A stretch of 64,000 bases of DNA, from the NCBI GenBank assembly GCA_052146315.1, contig JBKQNJ010000095.1, positions 33,364 through 97,363 of the forward strand, in the 5' to 3' direction. The notes under the pieces are model-generated. The model ran no database searches, was not told where the DNA came from, and saw only the letters and a program-made list of their open reading frames with translations. The DNA is from Candidatus Acidiferrales bacterium (GTDB taxonomy: Bacteria > Acidobacteriota > Terriglobia > Acidiferrales > UBA7541). This document shows positions 52,556-62,052 of the stretch, one piece after another; the first letter of the stretch is position 1; each line of letters starts with the position of its first letter. The position numbers and the translations under genes were made by a program.

Positions 52556-53515
52556 ATGAGCAAGATCGCTTTCCTCTTTCCCGGCCAGGCCTCGCAATAT
52601 CAGGGGATGGGCCGAGAACTCGACGCGAACTTCCCTGAATCGCACGCAATCTTCGAAGAGGCCGACGCCGCGCTTGGATTTCCGCTATCGAAACTCTGCT
52701 TTGAAGGTCCTGAAGACGAGCTCAAGCTGACCGCAAACACGCAGCCCGCGATCCTCACGGTTTCGGTGGCGGCGTACCGCGCGCTCGAAAAACATGGCGT
52801 TACGCCCGATCTGGTTGCCGGACACAGCCTCGGCGAATATTCGGCGCTCGTGGCCGCGGGAGCGCTTGCGTTTTCCGATGCGGTGAAGCTCGCGCGGCGG
52901 CGCGGGCAGTACATGCAGGAGGCGGTTCCCGCCGGCGAAGGTGCCATGGCCGCGATCCTGGGACTTTCGCCGTCGGACGTCGCGGAAATCTGCAAGAAGG
53001 CGGCGAACGGCGAAGTGGTCTCCGCGGCAAACCTGAATTCGCCCGACCAGATTGCCATTTCGGGTCATGCGGGCGCTGTGAAACGCGCCGTCGAGATCGC
53101 CTCGCAGTCGGGCGCAAAGCGCGCCGTCATGCTGGCCGTGTCCGCGCCGTTCCACTGCGCGCTGATGCTTCCGGCGCAAGAGCGCTTTGAGGCCGATCTC
53201 CGCGCGACGAAATTCAACGCGCCGCGCTTTCCGGTGATCACGAATGTGGACGCGGAGGCAGTCGAGTCGGGCGACCAGGCGCGCGAGGCGCTGATTCGCC
53301 AGGTGTCATCGCCGGTGCGCTGGCTCGAATCCGTCCGCGAGATGATCGACCAGGGCGCAAACATCTTCGTCGAGGTCGGGCCGGGCAAAGTTCTTTTGGG
53401 GTTGCTGCGCCAGATCGATCGCTCCGTGCGCTGCTTCAACGTGGAAGATAGCGCAAGCCTGCAGGCCACGCTGGACAAAATCGCGCAGGCGCGCGCCGAA
53501 GTCGCGGACACCTAG
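52556..53515 (+). CDS. fabD: malonyl-CoA:ACP transacylase
   Basis: IAFLFPGQASQYQGMG, TANTQPAIL, VAGHSLGEYSAL (active-site Ser), SAPFHC.LM. Confidence 0.9.
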   Translation: MSKIAFLFPGQASQYQGMGRELDANFPESHAIFEEADAALGFPLSKLCFEGPEDELKLTANTQPAILTVSVAAYRALEKHGVTPDLVAGHSLGEYSALVAAGALAFSDAVKLARRRGQYMQEAVPAGEGAMAAILGLSPSDVAEICKKAANGEVVSAANLNSPDQIAISGHAGAVKRAVEIASQSGAKRAVMLAVSAPFHCALMLPAQERFEADLRATKFNAPRFPVITNVDAEAVESGDQAREALIRQVSSPVRWLESVREMIDQGANIFVEVGPGKVLLGLLRQIDRSVRCFNVEDSASLQATLDKIAQARAEVADT

Positions 53516-53547
53516 GCCCTGTTTTTTGCAGTGTCGGGTCTGCTTAG

Positions 53548-54147
53548 ATGGTAGTTGTTGCGATCAATCCGATGAAACTCGACGGGCCTTGGACTGCGGG
53601 CTACGTTCTCGAAAGGCAACACACTATCAGTAGCGAGTTCCTGGGCCATGATTCCTTTGGACACCCGCAGTTCGACTCGAAATACTCCGCCCTTGGCGAG
53701 CTCGTTTACCGGCTAAAGAACAGAGGAGATAAGAACGCTGTCGATTCCATCGCGGATACGGCGGTACAATTTATCAATGAGCGTTGGAAGCCAGAGTTCG
53801 ACTTGATCGTTCCGATGCCGCCGTCTCGAAGGCGCGAGGCGTATCAACCCGTCATCGAGATCGCAAATGCCATCGGCACTCGGTTGGAAAAGCCGGTGGA
53901 CCCTGACGCGGTAAGCAAGATCAAGGAGACGCCACAACTCAAAGATGTCTACGACTTTGCTGAGCGGAAGCAGCTGCTACGAGACGCTTTTAGGGCAAAA
54001 GAAGCTGTTCGCGGGAAGGCGATCCTGTTGGTTGACGATCTGTACCGTTCCGGCGCGACGGCGGTCGTTGTAGCGCAAAGTCTCCTAGCCGGAGGAGCGA
54101 CCCACGTTTGCATGCTTGCTGTGACGAAGACGCGGACGCGAAGATGA
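53548..54147 (+). CDS. ComF-like type-I phosphoribosyltransferase-fold protein (no zinc finger)
   Basis: C-terminal PRPP loop GKAILLVDDLYRSGATAVVVAQSL, and central DLIVPMPPSRRR as in ComF-family proteins. Low G+C. Confidence 0.7.
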   Translation: MVVVAINPMKLDGPWTAGYVLERQHTISSEFLGHDSFGHPQFDSKYSALGELVYRLKNRGDKNAVDSIADTAVQFINERWKPEFDLIVPMPPSRRREAYQPVIEIANAIGTRLEKPVDPDAVSKIKETPQLKDVYDFAERKQLLRDAFRAKEAVRGKAILLVDDLYRSGATAVVVAQSLLAGGATHVCMLAVTKTRTRR

Positions 54148-54668
54148 CGAAAGTATTCATTGCTGGGTCCAGGGCATTGTCGCGCCTCAACGCGGACGTG
54201 AAGCGCCGAATCGACACCATGATCGAGAAGGACTTTACGATCTTGGTCGGTGACGCAAATGGCGCCGATAAGGCCGTTCAGCATTATCTTGCTGAAAGGC
54301 ACTTCCAGAACGTCATCGTCCATTGCATGGCGGGTAATTGCCGCAACAACTTGGCGGGCTGGCCCACTCGGGAAATTATTGCTGCCCCGGGCGCCCGAGG
54401 TTTCGCCTACTACTCAACCAAAGACCTGGCAATGGTTGAAGACGCCGAATACGGCTTCATGCTTTGGGACGGTGAGAGCAAAGGCACACTCAATAGCGTC
54501 ATCAATATGGTCCATCAGAACAAAATGGTCGTGGTTTACTTCGCTCCCAAGAAGCAATTCCAGAATTTGCGTTCGCCGAGTGATGTAGCTCGGTTGCTTG
54601 CCAATCTCGATCGCGCGAAAGTGCAACAGCTTGAGCGTGAGCTGGGAATCGAACGACAGACCGTCTGA
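54144..54668 (+). CDS. SLOG-superfamily-like (DprA/Smf-LOG, DUF2493/YpsA-like) protein
   Basis: MTKVFIAGSRALSRLN...DFTILVGDANGADKAVQHYLAE is a Rossmann-like beta-strand followed by a Gly-rich loop. The ATG overlaps the upstream stop (ATGA, 54144-54147). The assignment is by motif resemblance only. Confidence 0.5.
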   Translation: MTKVFIAGSRALSRLNADVKRRIDTMIEKDFTILVGDANGADKAVQHYLAERHFQNVIVHCMAGNCRNNLAGWPTREIIAAPGARGFAYYSTKDLAMVEDAEYGFMLWDGESKGTLNSVINMVHQNKMVVVYFAPKKQFQNLRSPSDVARLLANLDRAKVQQLERELGIERQTV

Positions 54669-54756
54669 GCTTTCCGCACCCAAGATTTCTACGGAGTGAA
54701 ACATCTGGTGCTTAGCTTGCGCGGGGAGTTAGAGGTACGGTAGGGTTTCTGCCTCT

Positions 54757-55503
54757 ATGTTTTCGCTCAAAGATAAAGTCGCTCTCGTTACCGGCGCGTC
54801 GCAAGGCATCGGCCGGGCCACTTCGCTTGTGCTGGCCGATGCGGGCGCCAAGGTTGTGCTGGCGGCGCGCAGCACCGATAAGCTCGCCACGCTCGCCGAG
54901 GAAATCGCAGCCGCCGGGGGCGAAGCGCTGGCCGTCCCGATGGACGTGGCCAACGCCGAGCAAGTGAAATCCGGTTTCCAGCAGGCGCTCGCGAAATTCG
55001 GCAGGCTCGATATCCTCGTGAATAACGCCGCTATCACGCGCGACATGCTGGCGCTGCGGATGAAGCTCGACGATTGGAACGCCGTGCTGCAGACGAACCT
55101 CACCGGCGCACATCTCTGCATCCAGCAGGCGCTCGGCGTGATGCTCAAGCAGCGCTCGGGCCGCATCATCAATATTTCGTCCGTGGTCGCGGAGACGGGC
55201 AATGCTGGTCAGGCGAACTACGTCGCGTCGAAGGCGGGGCTAATCGGGCTGACGCGCGCGATTGCCGTCGAGGTCGCGTCGCGAAACATCACCGTGAATG
55301 CGGTCGCGCCCGGCTTTGTCGAAACGCCAATGACCGATCCGCTCTCGCAGGAATTGAAAGACAAGATGAAGTCGCTCATCCCGCTCGCGCGCTTTGGCAA
55401 GGACCGCGAGATCGCCGCCGCCATCGTTTTTCTCGCGAGCGACGAAGCCGCCTACATCACCGGGCAGGTGCTCGACGTGAACGGCGGCATGCACATGGGG
55501 TAA
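54757..55503 (+). CDS. fabG: 3-oxoacyl-ACP reductase
   Basis: ALVTGASQGIGRA, LVNNAAIT, S...NYVASKAG (SDR catalytic triad), ITGQVLDVNGGM. Confidence 0.9.
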   Translation: MFSLKDKVALVTGASQGIGRATSLVLADAGAKVVLAARSTDKLATLAEEIAAAGGEALAVPMDVANAEQVKSGFQQALAKFGRLDILVNNAAITRDMLALRMKLDDWNAVLQTNLTGAHLCIQQALGVMLKQRSGRIINISSVVAETGNAGQANYVASKAGLIGLTRAIAVEVASRNITVNAVAPGFVETPMTDPLSQELKDKMKSLIPLARFGKDREIAAAIVFLASDEAAYITGQVLDVNGGMHMG

Positions 55504-55508
55504 CCTCG

Positions 55509-55811
55509 ATGGATCGTGACGCAGCGCTAGCCGTCGCCGACAGTATCTTAGCGGATCTTCGGAAGCTCCCTTACGCCGAATGCTGCCGAATGATACCGTC
55601 GGTCTCGACGCGGAGCCTTCGTGGAACGGATGGGAAAGCCTATGAGCTGGAGATTCAAGCGACGTGGGACGAGAAAAAGAACGGCAACGTTCGCGTCCTC
55701 GTCGCGGTCAGCGGCGGTGGGTTGAGCGACTTTGTACCGTTGTGTCGAGATTTCATCATCGCGCCGGACGGTTCATTTGTCGGAGAGAGTCCGGAATCAA
55801 CGGACGCGTAA
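55509..55811 (+). CDS. hypothetical protein (100 aa) inserted between fabG and acpP
   Basis: An ATG 5 nt after the fabG stop gives MDRDAALAVADSILADLRKLPYAECCRM... No motif recognised. Confidence 0.45.
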   Translation: MDRDAALAVADSILADLRKLPYAECCRMIPSVSTRSLRGTDGKAYELEIQATWDEKKNGNVRVLVAVSGGGLSDFVPLCRDFIIAPDGSFVGESPESTDA

Positions 55812-55936
55812 ACGGCGCAAAGGTTGACCCCGCGATACGTGGCGCATAGAATGGGCAGGTTAAATGCGGGGTGCGACCCCTGCCTAGCGTGCCGCCCCGC
55901 GGGGCGAAGACAGCCGAAATCGGAGGAATAATTAGA

Positions 55937-56182
55937 ATGGCCAGCGTCGAAGAACGCGTAAAGCAGATTATCGTCGAGCAACTCGGTGTGGATGAAGGCG
56001 AAGTGACTCCCAGCGCTTCGTTTGTGGACGACCTCGGCGCCGATTCGCTCGACACGGTCGAGCTGGTGATGGCCTTCGAGGAAGCGTTCGGCGTCGAAAT
56101 TCCGGATGAGGATGCCGAGAAGATTGCCACGGTGAAAGACGCCATCGAGTACATCGAGAAGCACGCCAAGGCAAGCAAGTAG
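55937..56182 (+). CDS. acpP: acyl carrier protein
   Basis: [35 protein letters not shown] (DSL phosphopantetheine site). Confidence 0.9.
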   Translation: MASVEERVKQIIVEQLGVDEGEVTPSASFVDDLGADSLDTVELVMAFEEAFGVEIPDEDAEKIATVKDAIEYIEKHAKASK

Positions 56183-56222
56183 TCCGCCGGTCGTCCCATT
56201 CCGAAAACAGGAGAATTTTCTT

Positions 56223-57467
56223 TTGAGCCGCCGAGTTGTCGTGACAGGCGTTGGACTGGTCTGCGGATGCGGCATCGGGACCGATGAGGTCTGGCGCAAC
56301 CTGCTGGCCGGAAAAAGCGGCATTGCCCGCGTCACCCAGTTCGATGTGTCCGCGTTCGATTGCCAGATCGCCGGCGAGGTGAAGGGCTTCGATCCGCTCA
56401 ACTGGATCGAGAAAAAAGAAGTGAAGAAGATGGCGCGGTTCATCCACATGGCGATGGCCGCGTCGGATTTTGCAGTCCAGATGGCCAAGCTCGAAGTCAC
56501 GCCGGGCATCGCCGATGCCACCGGCGTGTACATCGGATCGGGTATTGGCGGATTCGACGTCATCGAGCGCGAGCATTCGAAATATTTGAATGGCGGCCCA
56601 GGCAAGATCTCCCCGTTTTTCATTCCTTCGGCGATTGTGAATCTCGCCGCGGGCAACGTCTCCATCCGCTACGGCGCGAAGGGCCCGAATTCCGCGACGG
56701 CTACGGCTTGCTCGGCCGGGGCTCACGCCGTGGGCGACGCCTACAAAATTATCCAGCGCTGCGACGCCGAGGTGATGATCGCCGGCGGCTCGGAAGCGGC
56801 CGTGACGCCCATGAGCATCGGCGGATTCAGCGCGATGCGCGCTCTTTCGACGCGCAACGACGAGCCGGAACGCGCCAGCCGTCCTTTCGATGCTGGCCGC
56901 GACGGCTTTGTCGTCGGCGAAGGCTCGGGCATCTTGATCCTCGAGTCGCTCGAATTCGCTCAGCGCCGCGGCGCGAACATCATCGCCGAGATTGTCGGCT
57001 ATGGGATGTCCGGCGACGCGTATCACATCACGCAGCCCGCCGAGGGAGGCGACGGCGGCTATCGCGTGTCGCTCGCGGCCATAAAAGACGCCAAAATCAC
57101 GCCGGATGATGTCGGCTACGTAAACGCGCACGGCACTTCTACGCCCATGGGTGATGCGATCGAAACTTCCGCGCTCCGCCGCGTCTTCGGCGAACGCGCG
57201 AAAAAAGTCCCCATCAGCTCAACGAAATCGATGACCGGGCATCTTCTTGGCGGCGCGGGCGGGCTCGAAGCCGGCATCAGCGTCCTGGCGCTGCGCGATC
57301 AGATCCTTCCGCCGACGATCAATCAGGAGACGCCCGATCCCGCTTGCGATCTCGATTACGTCCCGAATCATGCGCGGAAGGCCGAAGTCGTGTATGCGCT
57401 TTCGAACTCTTTCGGCTTCGGAGGCACGAACGCATCGTTGATCTTCAAGCGCTGGGAAGGGCGATAA
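56223..57467 (+). CDS. fabF: 3-oxoacyl-ACP synthase II
   Basis: RRVVVTGVG, ATACSAGAHAVG (active-site Cys), NAHGTSTP, SMTGHLLGGAG, NSFGFGGTNA. TTG start with an AGGAG RBS. Confidence 0.9.
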   Translation: MSRRVVVTGVGLVCGCGIGTDEVWRNLLAGKSGIARVTQFDVSAFDCQIAGEVKGFDPLNWIEKKEVKKMARFIHMAMAASDFAVQMAKLEVTPGIADATGVYIGSGIGGFDVIEREHSKYLNGGPGKISPFFIPSAIVNLAAGNVSIRYGAKGPNSATATACSAGAHAVGDAYKIIQRCDAEVMIAGGSEAAVTPMSIGGFSAMRALSTRNDEPERASRPFDAGRDGFVVGEGSGILILESLEFAQRRGANIIAEIVGYGMSGDAYHITQPAEGGDGGYRVSLAAIKDAKITPDDVGYVNAHGTSTPMGDAIETSALRRVFGERAKKVPISSTKSMTGHLLGGAGGLEAGISVLALRDQILPPTINQETPDPACDLDYVPNHARKAEVVYALSNSFGFGGTNASLIFKRWEGR

Positions 57468-57471
57468 TTCC

Positions 57472-58242
57472 ATGAAAATAGGCGTTTGCGTAAAGCAGGT
57501 TCCCGCGAAAGACGCGCCGCTCGCGATTGTCGACGGCGGCGCGTGGATTCGCGAATCCGACATCGGATTTGAAACGAACGAGCCCGACACCTACGCGCTC
57601 GAAGAAGCGCTACGCCTCAAGGAAAAGCACGGAGGCGAAGTCGTTGCGATCTCGATGGGCCCCGAGCGCGCCAAGCAAACCATCAAGGAAGCTCTCGCCA
57701 AGGGTGCCGAACGCGGCATTCACGTTGCCGACAGCGCATTCTACAAGCTCGATCCGCTAGCCTCGGCGCGTTCGCTTGCGGCCGCAATCGAAAAGGAAAA
57801 TTTCGACCTCATCCTCACCGGCCTCCAGAGCGACGATCAGGGATTCGGGCAGACCGGCGTCCTGCTCGCGGAACTTCTCGGCAGGCCGCACGCAACGATC
57901 ATCATGTCGATCGAAGTCACCGAGGGCCGCATGAAGCTGAAGCGAGAGCTCGAAGCAGGATGGTTTCAGTGGGTTGAGCTGCCGCTACCCGCGGTGCTCA
58001 CGATCCAGTCCGGCATCAACAAGCCGCGCTACGCCACGCTCAAGGGCATCATGGCGGCGAAGAAGAAAGAGATTGCGACCATCGATCGCGCGTCGCTCGG
58101 TGTGCCGGATGCGCAAACCGAAAAGGTCGAGCGCATTTACGTACCGCAGAAAACGAAGAAGACCGAATTCATCACCGGTTCGCCGAAAGAGGCCGCGGCG
58201 AAATTGATCGAGAAGTTGCGCCACGAAGCGCGGGTGCTCTAA
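57472..58242 (+). CDS. etfB: electron transfer flavoprotein beta subunit
   Basis: MKIGVCVKQVP, N..D.YALEEALRLKE, DLILTG.QS.D, KPRYATLKGIM.AKKK. Confidence 0.85.
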   Translation: MKIGVCVKQVPAKDAPLAIVDGGAWIRESDIGFETNEPDTYALEEALRLKEKHGGEVVAISMGPERAKQTIKEALAKGAERGIHVADSAFYKLDPLASARSLAAAIEKENFDLILTGLQSDDQGFGQTGVLLAELLGRPHATIIMSIEVTEGRMKLKRELEAGWFQWVELPLPAVLTIQSGINKPRYATLKGIMAAKKKEIATIDRASLGVPDAQTEKVERIYVPQKTKKTEFITGSPKEAAAKLIEKLRHEARVL

Positions 58243-58245
58243 GCC

Positions 58246-59229
58246 ATGAAAATTCTCCTCATCACCGAGCAGCGCGACGCCAATTGGCACAAAGTCAGCT
58301 TTGAGACCCTTGCCGCGGCGCAGCAGATCGCGCAGCAGACGAAGGGATCGCTCTCCGCCGCCGTGGTCGGCAAAGGCGTGGCCGCGCTTGCCGGCGAACT
58401 TGCCGCCTACCAGCTCGACGAAGTGCTCCTTATCGAGCACGACCTGCTCGCCGCGTATACCCCCGATGGCTTTTCGCTTGCGCTGCGCCAGGTGATTGAA
58501 GCGACGAAGCCCGATCTCGTTCTACTTCCGCACACATATCAGGTCCGCGATTTCGCGCCGAAGCTGGCCGCGTCGATGCAAAAAGGAATGATCGGCGATT
58601 GCATCGCTTATCGCTACGAAAACGGGAAACTGATTTTCGTGCGCCAGATGTTTCAAGGGCGTACGGCCGCGGATGTCGTTTTCACCGGAGAGCCGCCATG
58701 GGTCGCGTCGTTCCAGGCGGGCGCGTTTCGCGCCGATCTCGCGGCAAAACATGCGAGCGGAAAGGCGCCCGTGAAAGCAGTGAGCGTCGATCTCAAGCCC
58801 GAGCAGATTCGGACGAAGCCGCTCGAACTTTTCCGGGAAGCGAAGCAGGCGGTCGACCTGACGCAGGCGCCCATTCTGGTTTCGGTGGGCCGCGGAATCA
58901 AAGCGCCCGAAAATATTCAGATGGCCGAGAAGCTCGCGAAATTGATGGGCGGCGAAATTTCCGCGTCGCGCCCGATCTGCGACGAAGGCTGGTTGCCGAT
59001 GGAGCGGCAGATCGGCAGCTCGGGACAGACGGTCGCGCCGAAGCTCTACCTCGCGCTCGGCATCAGCGGCGCGATCCAGCACGTCGTCGGCATGAAAGGC
59101 TCGCGCACGATTGCCGCGATCAACAAAGACCCCAACGCCCCGATTTTCGAGGTCGCCGACTACGGCATCGTCGGCGATCTATTCGAAGTGGTTCCCGCGC
59201 TGATCGAAGAGCTCGAAAAAGGCAGCTGA
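58246..59229 (+). CDS. etfA: electron transfer flavoprotein alpha subunit
   Basis: [63 protein letters not shown]. Confidence 0.85.
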   Translation: MKILLITEQRDANWHKVSFETLAAAQQIAQQTKGSLSAAVVGKGVAALAGELAAYQLDEVLLIEHDLLAAYTPDGFSLALRQVIEATKPDLVLLPHTYQVRDFAPKLAASMQKGMIGDCIAYRYENGKLIFVRQMFQGRTAADVVFTGEPPWVASFQAGAFRADLAAKHASGKAPVKAVSVDLKPEQIRTKPLELFREAKQAVDLTQAPILVSVGRGIKAPENIQMAEKLAKLMGGEISASRPICDEGWLPMERQIGSSGQTVAPKLYLALGISGAIQHVVGMKGSRTIAAINKDPNAPIFEVADYGIVGDLFEVVPALIEELEKGS

Positions 59230-59299
59230 CGATCCGACGAGCCTGCCCGGCGCAGGCAGGGATCGTCATCCTGCAGCCGACGCCTTTGGTTTTCGTCGG
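59228..59299. terminator. two hairpins between convergent etfA and ridA (possible bidirectional terminator region)
   Basis: GACGATCC..CCTGCC cggcgca GGCAGG GATCGTC at 59228-59267, and CCGACG cctttggtttt CGTCGG at 59277-59299. Neither has a clean trailing T-run. Confidence 0.3.
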
Positions 59300-59329
59300 C
59301 TGAAGGATCTCTCCGGCCTCCTTTTCCCG

Positions 59330-59719
59330 TCAGTCGGCGACAATCGCCTCCGCTTCGATTTCCACCAGCATCTCCGGATCGATCAATCGGCTGATTTCGA
59401 TCATCGCCGTCGCCGGGCGAATCTCGCCGAAGAACTCGCCGTGCGCACGGCCGATTTGCTCCCAATCGGCGATATGCGTCACGAACATGCGCGTACGCAC
59501 CACGTCCGACATTCGCGCGCCGGCCTTTCCCAGCGCCGACTCGATATTCCACAGCACCTGCACGGTCTGCGCGTACGCGTCGCCCGCGCCCACGATTTTG
59601 CCTTTCGCGTCGGTGGCCGTCGTGCCCGAAACGTGAACGTACGGGCCAACGCGCACGGCGCGCGAATAGCCGATGATCGGTTCCCACTTGGTGCCGGATG
59701 AAATGTTCTGCCGTTCCAT
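59330..59719 (-). CDS. RidA/YjgF family protein
   Basis: [35 protein letters not shown] ... [12 protein letters not shown] ... VEIEAEA. The ATG at 59719 was chosen. Confidence 0.8.
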   Translation of the reverse strand: MERQNISSGTKWEPIIGYSRAVRVGPYVHVSGTTATDAKGKIVGAGDAYAQTVQVLWNIESALGKAGARMSDVVRTRMFVTHIADWEQIGRAHGEFFGEIRPATAMIEISRLIDPEMLVEIEAEAIVAD

Positions 59720-59729
59720 CGTTTCTCCT

Positions 59730-60188
59730 TTAGGGGTCGAAGCGCGCGCGCAAGTCGGGCGGCACGATCGGGCAAAGTTCGTCGCGTTTGCCGAAAATGC
59801 TGTAGCGAATGCGCGCGATAAAATTGTAAGCCGCGTCTCGCAGCGCGCGCGGGACCGCAGCGAACACGCCCGCAAGAATTTTCCACCCACCGCCCAGGCG
59901 GCGGAGGATATGCAGCACTGCATCCGAGCGCGCGAGCAACGTTCCGTCATTCGTGAGCACGATAATGCTATCCGGCAGGCCGGCGCGGCGTTCCGCGGGC
60001 ACGCGCGCCTCGAAAGTGGGGCCCTGCAGCGGCGCGAAGCGGAAGGCCTGCCCGGCGCGATCGCGTTTCACCACGAATTTCACGGCGCCGTGGCACAACC
60101 CGCAGTGTCCGTCGTAAAACAGCATCTCGGCAGTAGGCGCGTCCTGCGGCACTCTGGCAAAAGCATAACACGCCGGCCATCCAGCCAT
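59730..60188 (-). CDS. thiol-disulfide oxidoreductase DCC family protein (DUF393)
   Basis: [22 protein letters not shown]....FRFAPLQ. An alternative start lies at 60125. Confidence 0.75.
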   Translation of the reverse strand: MAGWPACYAFARVPQDAPTAEMLFYDGHCGLCHGAVKFVVKRDRAGQAFRFAPLQGPTFEARVPAERRAGLPDSIIVLTNDGTLLARSDAVLHILRRLGGGWKILAGVFAAVPRALRDAAYNFIARIRYSIFGKRDELCPIVPPDLRARFDP

Positions 60189-60286
60189 TTCCTCGGCAGT
60201 CTGCCGAACCGAAACTGCTTCTGGACAGAATTTCGCGAAGTCTCTAAGCTACTTGCGCTGAAAGCTTTATTGGAGACACGCCTCCC

Positions 60287-61675
60287 GTGAAATGCAACAA
60301 CATCCTGGAAGCCATTGGCCACACGCCCCTCATCCGGCTCAACCGCGTGGCGAAGGATGTGCCTGCCGAAGTATTCGTGAAGGCCGATTATCTGAATCCC
60401 GGCGGATCCATGAAGGACCGCATCGCGCTTCGCATGATCGACGACGCCGAGCGCAAGGGCCAGCTCAAGCCCGGCGGCACGATCATCGAAGGCACCTCGG
60501 GCAATACGGGAATCGGCCTGGCGATTGTTGCGGCGGTGCGGGGATACAAGGTCGTCTTCACGGTCACAGACAAGCAGTCTCGCGAGAAGATCGATTCGCT
60601 GAAGGCGTTTGGCGCCGAGGTGATCGTTTGCCCCACGGCGGTCGAGCCGGAAGATCCTCGCAGCTACTATTCCGTTGCGAAAAAACTCGCGCGCGAAATC
60701 CCCAATTCGTATTATCCGAATCAATACGAGAATCCGAATAATCCTGAAGCGCACTACCACACATCCGGCCCCGAAATCTGGAAAGACACCGAAGGCAAGA
60801 TCACGCATTTCGTTTGCGGCCTGGGGACGGGTGGCACGGCCACGGGCGTTGGCCGTTTCCTCAAGGAGCAGAATCCCGCGATCAAAATCATCGGCGTCGA
60901 TCCGCTCGGCTCGCTCTACCACGAATATTTCAAGACGCGCAACATCGGCACCGCGCACCCCTATGTGGTCGAGGGGATCGGCGAGGACATCCTGCCGTCA
61001 ACGATGGATTTTTCGGTGCTCGACGACGTCCTGCAGGTGGATGACGAGGAATGTTTCATCTGGGCGCGCCGGCTCGCGAAACGCGAAGGGATTTTCACGG
61101 GCGGCTCGGGCGGGGGATGCGTTTCGGCGGCGATTCGCGTCGCCAAGAATTGCAAGAAGGGCGATCTCGTGGTCGCGTTCCTGCCGGACTCGGGCAGCCG
61201 CTATCTGAGCAAAATCTATAACGACGGCTGGATGCGCGAGCACGGCTATGCCGACGCGGAAGTGACGCTGACCGCTTCGGACGTGATTCGCGTCAAACAT
61301 CAGAATGGCAAAACGCGCCAGCCCGTCGTGGTCGGGCCGAATCGCACCGTCTTTCAGGCGCTTCACACCATGCAGCAGGAGGATATTTCGCAGCTTCCCG
61401 TTTTCGAGGACGACCGCTCGGTCGGCACGATTTTCGAAGATCAGATCCTGAATCTCGCGCTGCAAGGCAAGGACCTGCGCAAGCTGATCGTTCGCGAGGT
61501 GATGGGTCCGCCGCTGCCGGAGGTTCCTTCGAACGCGCCGATCGAGCGTGTCACGCATCTCCTCAGCCACGAAAGCCCGGCCGTATTCGTCGAGATGGAG
61601 GGCGGCAAGCTCGAAGTGCTCACCAAGTTCGACCTGATGGACACAATCGCCGGCCTCGTCGGCCAGAAGCGCTGA
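60287..61675 (+). CDS. cystathionine beta-synthase (PLP cysteine-synthase fold plus a C-terminal CBS pair)
   Basis: IGHTPLIRLN, NPGGSMKDR (PLP Lys), EGTSGNTGIGLA, GLGTGGTATG, followed by two CBS-like repeats. Confidence 0.85.
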   Translation: MKCNNILEAIGHTPLIRLNRVAKDVPAEVFVKADYLNPGGSMKDRIALRMIDDAERKGQLKPGGTIIEGTSGNTGIGLAIVAAVRGYKVVFTVTDKQSREKIDSLKAFGAEVIVCPTAVEPEDPRSYYSVAKKLAREIPNSYYPNQYENPNNPEAHYHTSGPEIWKDTEGKITHFVCGLGTGGTATGVGRFLKEQNPAIKIIGVDPLGSLYHEYFKTRNIGTAHPYVVEGIGEDILPSTMDFSVLDDVLQVDDEECFIWARRLAKREGIFTGGSGGGCVSAAIRVAKNCKKGDLVVAFLPDSGSRYLSKIYNDGWMREHGYADAEVTLTASDVIRVKHQNGKTRQPVVVGPNRTVFQALHTMQQEDISQLPVFEDDRSVGTIFEDQILNLALQGKDLRKLIVREVMGPPLPEVPSNAPIERVTHLLSHESPAVFVEMEGGKLEVLTKFDLMDTIAGLVGQKR

Positions 61676-62052
61676 GCCATTCCCGGAAGTTCCACCGAAG
61701 CCCGGCCCCCAACGCCATCGGAAGCCCGTCTCGGGCCAGGGTGGAAGCGTGGGCCTTCAGGCCCGCGAAAAGCGCGCCATAACAAAGGATAAGGGCTTCA
61801 GCCCGGGGCCGTTGCCTTTGAAGTTCCGGGTGCCCACTCGGTGCTCACCGTCCGGGAATCCCGTCCGTGGTTCCAAATTGTTATATTCCCTTGACATTTG
61901 CTTTCTCGCTGTGATATCCCACGGCCACGTAGCAGGGTGGTGTTTCGACGGGCCAAGTAGATTTACGCTCTGTGGTGGAGCGAATCGTCGGTAGAGCGCG
62001 CGGCAATTTCGCGCGTGGGTGGGATGTGAAATTGACTTACGGGGGGACTCCA

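Noticed and set aside
61891-62052. Cobalamin (B12) riboswitch upstream of the TonB receptor
   Set aside because: I could not find a B12-box-like sequence or the expected conserved core by eye. Only generic hairpins are present.
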